Of a stretch of DNA of 64,000 nucleotides, positions 8,640 to 17,230 are shown one piece after another (within the stretch, counting starts at the first letter, position 1; every line of letters starts with the position of its first letter). The DNA comes from Rhodothermales bacterium (GTDB lineage: Bacteria > Bacteroidota > Rhodothermia > Rhodothermales > Bin80). The notes under the pieces are model-generated. The model did no database searches and had not been told where the DNA came from. It worked only from the letters and a program-made list of their open reading frames with translations. The stretch spans positions 1,446,566 through 1,510,565 of the forward strand of contig OZ220707.1 in the NCBI GenBank assembly GCA_965116685.1, read 5' to 3'. Position numbers and translations under genes: made by a program.

Positions 8640-10041
8640 GGGGCTTCCCCTTTTTAAGTGGGTTCGGAGTCAGAACTGAGATGAACCACGATGCGATTGA
8701 ATAGATTCGGAATGGATTTCTTTATTTATTTTGGGTCTGTTTTTGGAGTTCAAATCAAATATTTCATTCACCATGAGTGTACGTATTCAAGATATCAATC
8801 GATTGTTAGGGATTCAGTCTCCGTGGGAAGTCTCGGAGATCAAGCAAGATGATGCAACGCAGCTGGCTGAGATCCATGTGATTTGTTCGGAGGGTTCGGT
8901 ACTTCGCTGTCCTGAATGTAACAAAGTTTGTCCTGGCTACGACCATCGTCTTCGGAAATGGCGTCATACGGATATCTGCGAGTATCAGACGAGTGTGGTT
9001 GCGAAAGTTCCTCGGGTGGAGTGTTCGGAGCATGGAATCAAGACGGTTTCGGTGCCCTGGGCGGATGAGCGCGTGCGTTTTACGACGGCATTTGAAGCGA
9101 AGGTCATTCACTGGTTGCTGGATACCACCAGTATTTCAACGGTGGCCTCCAGGATGGGAGTCAGTTGGACGATGATTGCCAACATTATGGAGCGTGCGGT
9201 AAATCGGGGACTGGACCGCAGAAAAGACGAACCCATTGCCCATATCTGTGTCGATGAGACCTCTTATAAGAAAGGGCACAATTACATTACTGTGGTGTCC
9301 AATCCAGACACGGCCACCGTGCTGTATGTCGGGGAGGGTCGGACAATGGCCAGTTTGAACGGGTATTATGGTGGACGTTCTGCGGAGCAGTTGGACGCCA
9401 TTGAAAGCGTCAGTATGGATATGTGGCCCGCGTATATCAGTGCCACGAAATTGTGGGTTCCCGGCGCGGATAAAAAGATTGCATTTGATCGTTTTCATGT
9501 GGCCAAATACATTGGAGATGCCGTGGATAAAGTCCGTCGGCAGGAGAACCGGGAATTGCGGAAAGAAGAAATCTACGATCTCACTGGAACCAAGTATGAT
9601 TGGCTGACCAATCCGAAGAATATGTCGACGCGGCAAAAGAAACGATTCAACCAGTTAAAGACCAGTTCGCTGAAAACAGCTCGTGCGTGGGCCATCAAGG
9701 AATTGTCCCAGAAGTTATGGCATTATGTCCATCCCACATGGGCACTCAAAGGATGGAAACGATGGCTGTCCTGGGCCATGCGTTGCCAACTGGAACCGAT
9801 GAAAAAAGCGGCGAAAACCATCAAGAATCATTTGTGGGGGATTATCAATGCAGTGGTCTTAAAGGTCAGCAATGGCCCCGCCGAGAGCATCAACAGTCGC
9901 ATCAAATCCGTCAAAATTCGTGCTCGTGGATTCCGAAACAAACAGCGGTTTACCAATGCAATCTACTTCTATCTCGGCGGACTGGATTTGTATCCAGTAG
10001 GCTTCCAAAATCATACTACCCACACGTAAAAGCGAAGAGCC
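8640..10041 (+). mobile_element. ISL3-family insertion sequence, copy B (1402 bp), inverted relative to copy A
   Basis: It has the same terminal sequences and length as copy A. The transposase is 432/432 aa identical, and all shadow ORFs are also identical, which implies near-complete nucleotide identity. Confidence 0.93.
8773..10029 (+). CDS. ISL3 family transposase
   Basis: Identical to the copy A protein. The maximal ORF starts at 8731 (TTG); the ATG is at 8773. Confidence 0.93.
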   Translation: MSVRIQDINRLLGIQSPWEVSEIKQDDATQLAEIHVICSEGSVLRCPECNKVCPGYDHRLRKWRHTDICEYQTSVVAKVPRVECSEHGIKTVSVPWADERVRFTTAFEAKVIHWLLDTTSISTVASRMGVSWTMIANIMERAVNRGLDRRKDEPIAHICVDETSYKKGHNYITVVSNPDTATVLYVGEGRTMASLNGYYGGRSAEQLDAIESVSMDMWPAYISATKLWVPGADKKIAFDRFHVAKYIGDAVDKVRRQENRELRKEEIYDLTGTKYDWLTNPKNMSTRQKKRFNQLKTSSLKTARAWAIKELSQKLWHYVHPTWALKGWKRWLSWAMRCQLEPMKKAAKTIKNHLWGIINAVVLKVSNGPAESINSRIKSVKIRARGFRNKQRFTNAIYFYLGGLDLYPVGFQNHTTHT

Positions 10042-10049
10042 TAACATGT
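10042..10049. repeat. 8-bp target-site duplication TAACATGT (flank of ISL3 copy B)
   Basis: Partner of 8632..8639. Confidence 0.9.
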
Positions 10050-11296
10050 TTTCTGGAACCCTACCCGAAGCGTTGATCCAACTGGATCAACTCGTATGGC
10101 TCTCGCTTGCCGACAATGATCTGGAAGGGACCCTTTCTCTCACAACAGCTACATATGCCGCCGGGATCACCAATTGCCATCTGGAAGGAAATCGCATATG
10201 CATTCCAGATGCACCCCCCTATGCAAGCCTTGATCAGGTTTGCTCACTCTCGCAGCAGAGTACATGCAAAGTATGTCAGGGCGTAGATTGCCAAAGCCTT
10301 GAGTCTGCTTACTTTGAGACCGATGGAGCATCCTGGGTACAAAGTGAGGGGTGGCTTGCCAGCTCAGATCCATGTGACTGGCACGGCATAAGCTGTCACA
10401 ATAAAGAGATCACTAGCATCGTCCTGCCGGATAACCGTCTCACAGGAGATCTGCCCCAATCCTTGTCCTCTCTATCAAACCTCCAGGTACTTGACCTCTC
10501 AAAAAACAACCTGCAGGGAGATGTCCCTCAAGAATATGCCGGGCTGAGTCAACTCATGACCCTTGATCTCAGCAACAATGAGCTCACCGGAATACTGCCC
10601 CTGCAAGTGGCAGCACTTGGCGCAACATTGAATAAATGCAACCTGTCAGAAAATGCTGGAATCTGCCTACCTGACAACGCCGCGTATGCAGCACTGAATG
10701 CAAACCCAATCTGTCAATTGCCACTGCGCAAAGATTGTCTGGGCTATGACTTTGTCGTATTCACTGAGTTGCACGCAATCCCAGAGGAGCGGTCTATTCA
10801 ACTTGCATGGTCCACAACCCAGTCATCGATTGGAATTACGTTTGTGATTGAACGCATTGAGCCACTTGTAATCCTTGCTGAAGTGCCTGGAAGTGTACAA
10901 GTGCCAGCCAGCTTTACCCATACCGTTGACAACCTGGACCCCGGCCAGTATTCATTTCAAATTCGGCAGGTTACCGCGTCCGGTGCCTATAGAGTTTCCG
11001 AACCCGTCACCGTTGAACTCTATGCTGAAGACTTGGTGATCTCCACTCCTTATCCGAATCCCTTCTCTGCCGAGACCGCGCTTGAGTTTACCTCTGGAGC
11101 ACACGGATCGGTCGTAATTGCATTGTACGACCTTGTCGGGCGCCGAATCCAGACACTTTTCAGCGGGACACCTGTACTGCACCAGCCTACACGCATTGTA
11201 CTTGACGCGAAAGGTCTGCCCAGCGGGACCTACTTCATTCACAGCTTCCTTGACGGTCGTCCGATCTCCTCGGAGCGAATCACACGCATCCGGTAA
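10042..11296 (+). pseudogene. Plant-type LRR, T9SS-sorted protein, 3' part
   Basis: It continues the LRR (MFSGTLPEALIQLDQLVWLSLADNDLEGTL). A second cap-like motif SEGWLASSDPCDWHGISC is followed by more LRRs. The C-terminal T9SS sorting domain reads PYPNPFSAETALEF...VIALYDLVGRRIQTL...LPSGTYFIHSFLDGRPISSERITRIR. Removing the IS plus one TSD copy gives an uninterrupted 2004-nt (667-aa) ORF. Confidence 0.88.
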
Positions 11297-12538
11297 CTAC
11301 TTCCCGGACAGCATAGTGTGAATGACCTCCTCTACTCTATCTGGCTGTTCCTGATGGATGTAGGAGCCATAATCTAGGATCATATGCGTGCCCATAGGCA
11401 TCTTCTCTACCCAGGAAGCATGAAACCTGCTCCATGCCCGGCGCCCTTCTGGAGACTCCCCAATCCAACTTGCGGGATCTGACACACGTCCGGCCGTCAA
11501 GATTACGGTGGGTACCGAAGGTGCAGACGAGAGCCCTGGATCGACCTCCTCATCAATCATTTCAGCATAAATCTTAAACTCCTGGCCTGTCCCTCCCGGC
11601 AACATGGACTGAAAGCGTTTGGCACGGCTCCAGTATGACTGCCACGCCTCTGCATCCAGCCCTTTCCATATCTCGGCTTGCTTTTCGTGGTCAGGATCAA
11701 TGAGGAGCAGACCACGCACCTGCTCGGTATATAAATCCACAAACCGACGGGCAATAAATGCCCCCTCCGCATGCGCCACAAGCAAATAGGGTGCAGGGGC
11801 ATTGATGCTCTGGAGCAAATCTCTCAGCTCAGATGCCATCTGATCTAGAGTACGGGGCATGGGGGATGCCTTCGATAAACCCAGACCGGGTCGATCATAC
11901 GCAATTGTACGGAGATTCCGCGCCAGACTCTGCTGAAGCACCTCCCAGGTGGTGAGGTTATCCCCCAACCCTGCAATCAGCACCACCGCCATTGGACCCG
12001 TGCCTGCATCAATATAATTCACGCCCAGGTCGTTCAACATCACGGTACCCCCCTTTGGATAGGCTTCTCCTAACCGCCATTCTTCGGACTCTGAATCCGT
12101 ATCCTCTAGATCCTCTAGCCCGGAAATACGTCTGAACGTCGTCTCATCCAAGGTTAACGCATCTCTGTCCGAGCCGGGAGGTGCCATGATCGCCCCTCCA
12201 TACCCCCCCCACGGATCTGCGCATACACCGTGATATACCCCGTCGGGAAGACGTGCCAGTGTGCATGGCAACTCGAACGAGGGCTCCCATACAAAGAACA
12301 GACTGTCTGCGGTTACCCGTATATCTCGGAACTGAAAGGGACCATATTCCTCTACATCAAGCGTGATCTGTAAACCATCTTCCCCGTTCTGAACCTTGTA
12401 GGTCACATCCATAATTTGACCATTCCGATGAATAATCTGCCCGACCCAATCCCCATCCTGAATGATCTGGGATTGTGCACCAAAACTTGAACTAACCGCT
12501 ATCGCGGCAATCAGCAGTACTTGCTTCCACATATTCAT
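11297..12538 (-). CDS. Secreted alpha/beta-hydrolase-fold protein lacking the canonical nucleophile Ser
   Basis: It has a signal peptide MNMWKQVLLIAAIAVSSSFGAQSQ (the ATG at 12538 is preferred over the 12655 extension). The alpha/beta fold signature is AVVLIAGLGDNLTTW...YDRPGLGLS. The nucleophile elbow reads VAHAEGA instead of GxSxG. Confidence 0.75.
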   Translation of the reverse strand: MNMWKQVLLIAAIAVSSSFGAQSQIIQDGDWVGQIIHRNGQIMDVTYKVQNGEDGLQITLDVEEYGPFQFRDIRVTADSLFFVWEPSFELPCTLARLPDGVYHGVCADPWGGYGGAIMAPPGSDRDALTLDETTFRRISGLEDLEDTDSESEEWRLGEAYPKGGTVMLNDLGVNYIDAGTGPMAVVLIAGLGDNLTTWEVLQQSLARNLRTIAYDRPGLGLSKASPMPRTLDQMASELRDLLQSINAPAPYLLVAHAEGAFIARRFVDLYTEQVRGLLLIDPDHEKQAEIWKGLDAEAWQSYWSRAKRFQSMLPGGTGQEFKIYAEMIDEEVDPGLSSAPSVPTVILTAGRVSDPASWIGESPEGRRAWSRFHASWVEKMPMGTHMILDYGSYIHQEQPDRVEEVIHTMLSGK

Positions 12539-13865
12539 TTTGATCCATTGTATCCAGCTGTTCCAAATAGCTTTGAGCAGCAGTGTTTTGTGGCGCTCTT
12601 TCCAGGAGTTCCCTCCATGTGGCACGCGCCTCGTCAAACCTGCCCCCCTGCGCATATACGATCCCTAAATTCAGTCTCGCTACACCCAAATCCGGGTCTG
12701 CCCGCAAGATTGCTTCAAACCTCCTGGCTGCCTCGCTCAGATCCCCACACTCCATGTAAAGCGTGGCGAGGTTCGTTTGCATGTACAGTGCGAGCCCTGG
12801 AGGGACTTGAATCGTCAATCCATTCTTATACGCCTCAATCGCACGGCCGTATCTTTTGGACTCCCGAAGTCGATTCCCCAGTTCAATCCAGTTGGCCGGC
12901 GAGGTGGGATCATTATTGATCGCATTCTGGGCCTCATTGACACGCTGCTGAAGTTGCTGGGCCTCATCCGCTCTCGCAAAATAAATCTCTGCTTCCGCCT
13001 CTTGCCCAAGCCGCATGTGGACTTGCCCGAGATTGAATTGTGCACCGTGATGCCATGTCCGTTCTTTTGCTACAGGCTCAAGATAGGGGAGTGCTGCTTC
13101 AGCGGAGTCGAGTCGGAAGTACTGCGTTCCCACAATATATTGATAATCCAAATCATCCGGGCGCAGTTTGAGACCATTCAAAGACATCTCCAATGCGCCT
13201 TCCAAATCCCCGGTTTCTTCCAGAAGTTGCCCAAGCCACATATAGGTTGTCGTGTACTCCGGGTCCATTGACAGTGCCTGTTCATATGCAGCCTTCGCAC
13301 TGTCCGGCACACCAATCTTCGCATAGGCCCGTCCCAATTCATGATAGAGAGCAGTGGTTGGGCCAACTTCACGTTCTTCTTCCAAATAAAAATTTATTGC
13401 ATCACGGAGCTTCCCCCGCCGGAAGCTGTTCAGCCCCATATTGAACCGTGCCCCCGCATACTCCGGGTCAATTTCCAGGACGACCTGATAGGCAGCCTGT
13501 GCCACCTGCAATTGATTGAGCTGCGTGTAGATCTTGCCCCGTAAAAAATGAAGATCCGCCAACTCCGGCATATGGGCCTCTGCACTATCCGTATAGGCCA
13601 GCGCCAACTCATACACCCCCCGGTAAAATGCCCCTTCCGCCTCAACCATGTATCTGGCGACCCGCGGAGCGAGGCTGTTCCGCTGCTTCTGAGCAATCCC
13701 GGCCGGTTCACGACAACCGGATACCGCAATGAACAGGCAAAGCAGAAGGATGCCTGCCGCACCCCCATAGATCTGCCGGGTTCCGTGTGCAGGATTCCCT
13801 GGCTTCAGGGATGCTCCAGTGGTTTCCTCTGCTGCTGAGTATGCGCCGCTCTTTTCTAGTTGCAT
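12492..13865 (-). CDS. TPR repeat lipoprotein
   Basis: Lipobox LFIAVSGC, followed by many 34-residue TPR-like repeats (AxxxYxxALxxxPxxxxA patterns). It is co-directional with the CRTAC1-like genes. Confidence 0.85.
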   Translation of the reverse strand: MQLEKSGAYSAAEETTGASLKPGNPAHGTRQIYGGAAGILLLCLFIAVSGCREPAGIAQKQRNSLAPRVARYMVEAEGAFYRGVYELALAYTDSAEAHMPELADLHFLRGKIYTQLNQLQVAQAAYQVVLEIDPEYAGARFNMGLNSFRRGKLRDAINFYLEEEREVGPTTALYHELGRAYAKIGVPDSAKAAYEQALSMDPEYTTTYMWLGQLLEETGDLEGALEMSLNGLKLRPDDLDYQYIVGTQYFRLDSAEAALPYLEPVAKERTWHHGAQFNLGQVHMRLGQEAEAEIYFARADEAQQLQQRVNEAQNAINNDPTSPANWIELGNRLRESKRYGRAIEAYKNGLTIQVPPGLALYMQTNLATLYMECGDLSEAARRFEAILRADPDLGVARLNLGIVYAQGGRFDEARATWRELLERAPQNTAAQSYLEQLDTMDQNEYVEASTADCRDSG

Positions 13866-13890
13866 TGATGGCTTGATAAAATGACCCTGA

Positions 13891-15570
13891 CTATGATTCT
13901 TCCACCAGTGTAATCGTCCCGGCTGGTATGGCGGTGCGGTTCATAAAGCTGCCGTTTGGCCACTGCACCTCCAGTGAATCCACGGATTCTGCCATGCCCA
14001 GACCAAACAGTGGCCACCGTTGGCTCTGAGAAAGATAACTTGTACCAGTCCGCACGTAGCGCTCCTGCCACTTCCCATTCACATGCACGCGAACACGGCT
14101 TCCGACCGCATCCCGATTGCTTTTGGAGCCGATTAATTTTACGGTCAATGAATTCCCGTACGACGTGTCATTACGCCAGAGATGTGCGGGGCCACCGTTC
14201 TCCGTAATAAGCAGGTCCGGGTCCCCATCTTGATCATAGTCTGCCCACGCCGCCCCCCGGGCCACCTTGAATTCTGAAAGAACACCGGTCGGCTCCGCCT
14301 CAGAAAACTGCCCATTTCCCTCATTGACATACAGCTGCGTCCGTTGCCGAAATGTAACTCCTTCCTCTACCTCTCCAATATCTTCGGTGATGTGGCCATT
14401 GGCAGTGACTAGATCCAAATCTGTATCCAGATCAAAATCAGCCAACAAAAGTCCGAAGGTCAGTGTACGCAGGCTGGGCCGTCCAATCTGAGAAACCGCT
14501 GCCCGTTCGGTAAAGATTCCGTTGCCCATATGTCGATAGACACCCACCATTTCACCTGAAAAATGGCCTATAAATACCGTCTCTCCGCCGGTATGGTCCA
14601 CCACCCCAATGTCAATCCCCATTCCGGCGCGTGCACGCCCGTTTTCATCGAACGCAATCCCACTGACCACACCCTTCTCAAGAAAGGTCCCATCCCCTTG
14701 GTTTTCAAAAAGAAGGTCCCGCTGGGTATCATTCGCAACAATCAAATCCGGCCATCCATCCCGGTTGTAGTCCATACTCGCAGCCGCAAGCGTTTTGCCA
14801 GGTAAACCGGCAAAATCATCTGATCTCTCTTCAAATGTGCCGTCCCCTTGGTTCCGGTAAAAGCGTCCCGTAATTCCCTCATACTGCTCTGGGGTACAAT
14901 AGGACTTCTTATCCCCTACCCGTGTACAGTAAATATCCTCTTCGGGAGTCCAGTGAACATAATTCCCGATGTATAAATCCAGAAACCCATCCCGATCTGC
15001 ATCCAGAAACACACTGGCACTGCTCCATTCGCTATATCCTCCCAGTCCTGCTTCCTGACTGACTTCGCGAAAAACTCCTCCTTCATTACGAAGCAGAAGG
15101 TTCTCATACAACGCCGTCACAAACACATCGGAGTCGCCGTCATTATCGTAATCTGCAACACTCACACCAAATGCATAGCTCTGAAGAGATTGTAGACCGG
15201 CCTCTTGGGTCGCTTCTGCGAATTGTCCACTCTCGCTACCGCGATACAGACGGATTGAGGGTTGTGTAATCGCTCCCTGCGATGAAAACACACTACCGGA
15301 GATCAGCAAAATATCCAGGATTCCATCTCCATCATAATCTAGAAAACCTCCTCCTGCCCCCATTGTCTCTGGAAACCATTTTTCTCCAAAAGCTCCAGTT
15401 TCGTGCAGGAAGTCTCCCAGACCGGCAGACGCGGTCATGTCTGTAAATGCAATCTGAGGAGCCTGCTGAATCTCTTCTGATACCTGCGGATCAGGGGTGG
15501 ATTGACTACATGCTCCGAAAACGAAAAGCAGGATCATGCCCTCAATTCGGATAAGTCCCTTACAATTCAT
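13891..15570 (-). CDS. CRTAC1-like FG-GAP/VCBS repeat protein with ASPIC/UnbV-type C-terminus, paralog 3
   Basis: Lipobox LLFVFGAC. It has repeated DYDxDGxxD / VANDTQRD calcium-binding FG-GAP-like motifs. The C-terminal segment is LTVKLIGSKSNRDAVGSRVRVHV...RTGTSYLSQSQ. Confidence 0.85.
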   Translation of the reverse strand: MNCKGLIRIEGMILLFVFGACSQSTPDPQVSEEIQQAPQIAFTDMTASAGLGDFLHETGAFGEKWFPETMGAGGGFLDYDGDGILDILLISGSVFSSQGAITQPSIRLYRGSESGQFAEATQEAGLQSLQSYAFGVSVADYDNDGDSDVFVTALYENLLLRNEGGVFREVSQEAGLGGYSEWSSASVFLDADRDGFLDLYIGNYVHWTPEEDIYCTRVGDKKSYCTPEQYEGITGRFYRNQGDGTFEERSDDFAGLPGKTLAAASMDYNRDGWPDLIVANDTQRDLLFENQGDGTFLEKGVVSGIAFDENGRARAGMGIDIGVVDHTGGETVFIGHFSGEMVGVYRHMGNGIFTERAAVSQIGRPSLRTLTFGLLLADFDLDTDLDLVTANGHITEDIGEVEEGVTFRQRTQLYVNEGNGQFSEAEPTGVLSEFKVARGAAWADYDQDGDPDLLITENGGPAHLWRNDTSYGNSLTVKLIGSKSNRDAVGSRVRVHVNGKWQERYVRTGTSYLSQSQRWPLFGLGMAESVDSLEVQWPNGSFMNRTAIPAGTITLVEES

Positions 15571-17230
15571 CTTCTAAAAGGTGTATCGTGGTATTGATCG
15601 GCAATTCATGAACCCAGGTCTCCAGTCCACTTGGCCAACGGACATAGAGACTGTCTGGCATCTCCTGAAGCCCAAAAAAGGCGGCAGACTCCGAATGGGA
15701 CAAATAGCTGGAACCCGTACGGATACGCCGCACCTGCATGTGTCCACGACTCCACAGATGGAGCTGCGCGCCGTACGCATTGCGATTGCTCTTGGTACCT
15801 GTGAGTTCAACCCGGAGCCAAATCCCCCCTTCCGACTCATTCTGCCATACATGTGCGAGGCCATTGTTTTCGACCAGAAGAACATCCAGGTCACCATCAC
15901 GATCATAGTCCCCCGTGGCCAGACCCCGACCGACAAAAGACGCTGCCAGTGGCCCGCTTGCCGGCATCTCTGTAAACGTGCCTGCTCCGTCATTCAAAAA
16001 TAATTGCGGACGCTGCCGAAAGGTGACTCCGTCCACAATCTGAGCAATGTGTGTCTGTACATGACCATTGGCAATCAGTACGTCCAGATCTGTATCCAGA
16101 TCAACATCAAAGAGTACCAGACCAAAGGTGAGGGTCTTCAGGCTGGGCTGCCCCATCCTGGATGCAGCTGCACGATCATTGAATATGCCATTGCCTCTAT
16201 GCTGATAGACCCCTACCATCTCATCTGAAAAGTTGCCGACAAAGATAGATGGCTCCCCCGAGTCATCCACTACACCAACATCAACGCCCATACCAGCTCG
16301 CGGCTTCCCATGCTGATCATACGCGACCCCACTGCGTCTACCCGTTTCTACAAACGTCCCGTTGCCTTGATTCATAAAGAGCATGTCCCGCTCTGTATCG
16401 TTTGCAACGAACACATCGGTCCACCCATCCTGATTTGCATCCAGTTCCGCAACCCCTAACGTTTTGTCCCGACCCGCATCGACTCCCGACAGAAATCCCG
16501 CCTGCTCGGTAAGATCTGTAAAGGTGCCATCTCCATTATTCTGGTAGTACCGACTGGCAATCCCATCATACAACTCAGGCGTACAGTATACCTTACTGCC
16601 ACCGAAACTGCAGTAAATATCATCTTCGGGCGTCCAGTGAACATACGTTCCAACATAGAGATCCAGGAATCCATCACGGTTTGCATCAAAGAACATTGCA
16701 CTCGTACTCCACTCACTGACCAAGCCTACCTTTGCCGTCTGTCCAATTTCCTCAAAAACGCCATCCGTGTTACGCAGTAGCAGATCTTCTTCCAAGGTGG
16801 TCACATAGATATCCTCATCCCCGTCGTTGTCATAATCCCCGATGGTCATTCCCAGACTGTACGCGCGAAGCAGCGCTAAGCCGGCCGGCTGGGTCACCTC
16901 ATCGAATTGTCCATTACCAAGATTGCGAAACAGTCGCAGAGCCGGGTGTGCTCCAAGTGGAGGCTCCCCCTCAAATTCTCCTCCTGTCGCCACAAGAATA
17001 TCCTGCCAGCCATCCTGGTCGTAGTCAAAGAATGCCCCTCCTGCACCGACAATTTCCGGTGCCCAGGAATTCCCGAACCCGCCGTGATTATGCACAACCC
17101 CTCCGAATCCAATCTCCTCGGTCACGTCCGTAAACAGCGTGCTCACTGCGTCTGGATCCCGGGATGCCTCTCCGGCACATCCTGCAATCAGGGTGATCCC
17201 CACATATGCTGCAATCACACTCCGCATCAA
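15560..17230 (-). CDS. CRTAC1-like FG-GAP/VCBS repeat protein with ASPIC/UnbV-type C-terminus, paralog 2
   Basis: Lipobox ITLIAGC. It has the same architecture and motifs as its neighbours. Its stop overlaps the next start by 11 nt. Confidence 0.85.
   Translation of the reverse strand: MMRSVIAAYVGITLIAGCAGEASRDPDAVSTLFTDVTEEIGFGGVVHNHGGFGNSWAPEIVGAGGAFFDYDQDGWQDILVATGGEFEGEPPLGAHPALRLFRNLGNGQFDEVTQPAGLALLRAYSLGMTIGDYDNDGDEDIYVTTLEEDLLLRNTDGVFEEIGQTAKVGLVSEWSTSAMFFDANRDGFLDLYVGTYVHWTPEDDIYCSFGGSKVYCTPELYDGIASRYYQNNGDGTFTDLTEQAGFLSGVDAGRDKTLGVAELDANQDGWTDVFVANDTERDMLFMNQGNGTFVETGRRSGVAYDQHGKPRAGMGVDVGVVDDSGEPSIFVGNFSDEMVGVYQHRGNGIFNDRAAASRMGQPSLKTLTFGLVLFDVDLDTDLDVLIANGHVQTHIAQIVDGVTFRQRPQLFLNDGAGTFTEMPASGPLAASFVGRGLATGDYDRDGDLDVLLVENNGLAHVWQNESEGGIWLRVELTGTKSNRNAYGAQLHLWSRGHMQVRRIRTGSSYLSHSESAAFFGLQEMPDSLYVRWPSGLETWVHELPINTTIHLLEDEL

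Noticed and set aside
1623-10041. Composite transposon formed by the two inverted ISL3 copies carrying the 5.6-kb segment between them.
   Set aside because: Each copy has its own matching 8-bp duplication (AATTAACC and TAACATGT). The LRR gene is continuous across copy B. These are therefore two independent simple insertions, not a unit that moved together.
12539-12655. N-terminal extensions of maximal ORFs (12539..12655, 18982..19200, 20627..20737, 23020..23097, 36140..36214, 60960..61283).
   Set aside because: In each case an internal start gives a canonical signal peptide or lipobox, or avoids overlap with the upstream gene. The extensions have non-coding-like, Cys/Arg/Trp-rich sequence. 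20627..20737 actually overlaps the orphan peptidase tail in another frame.
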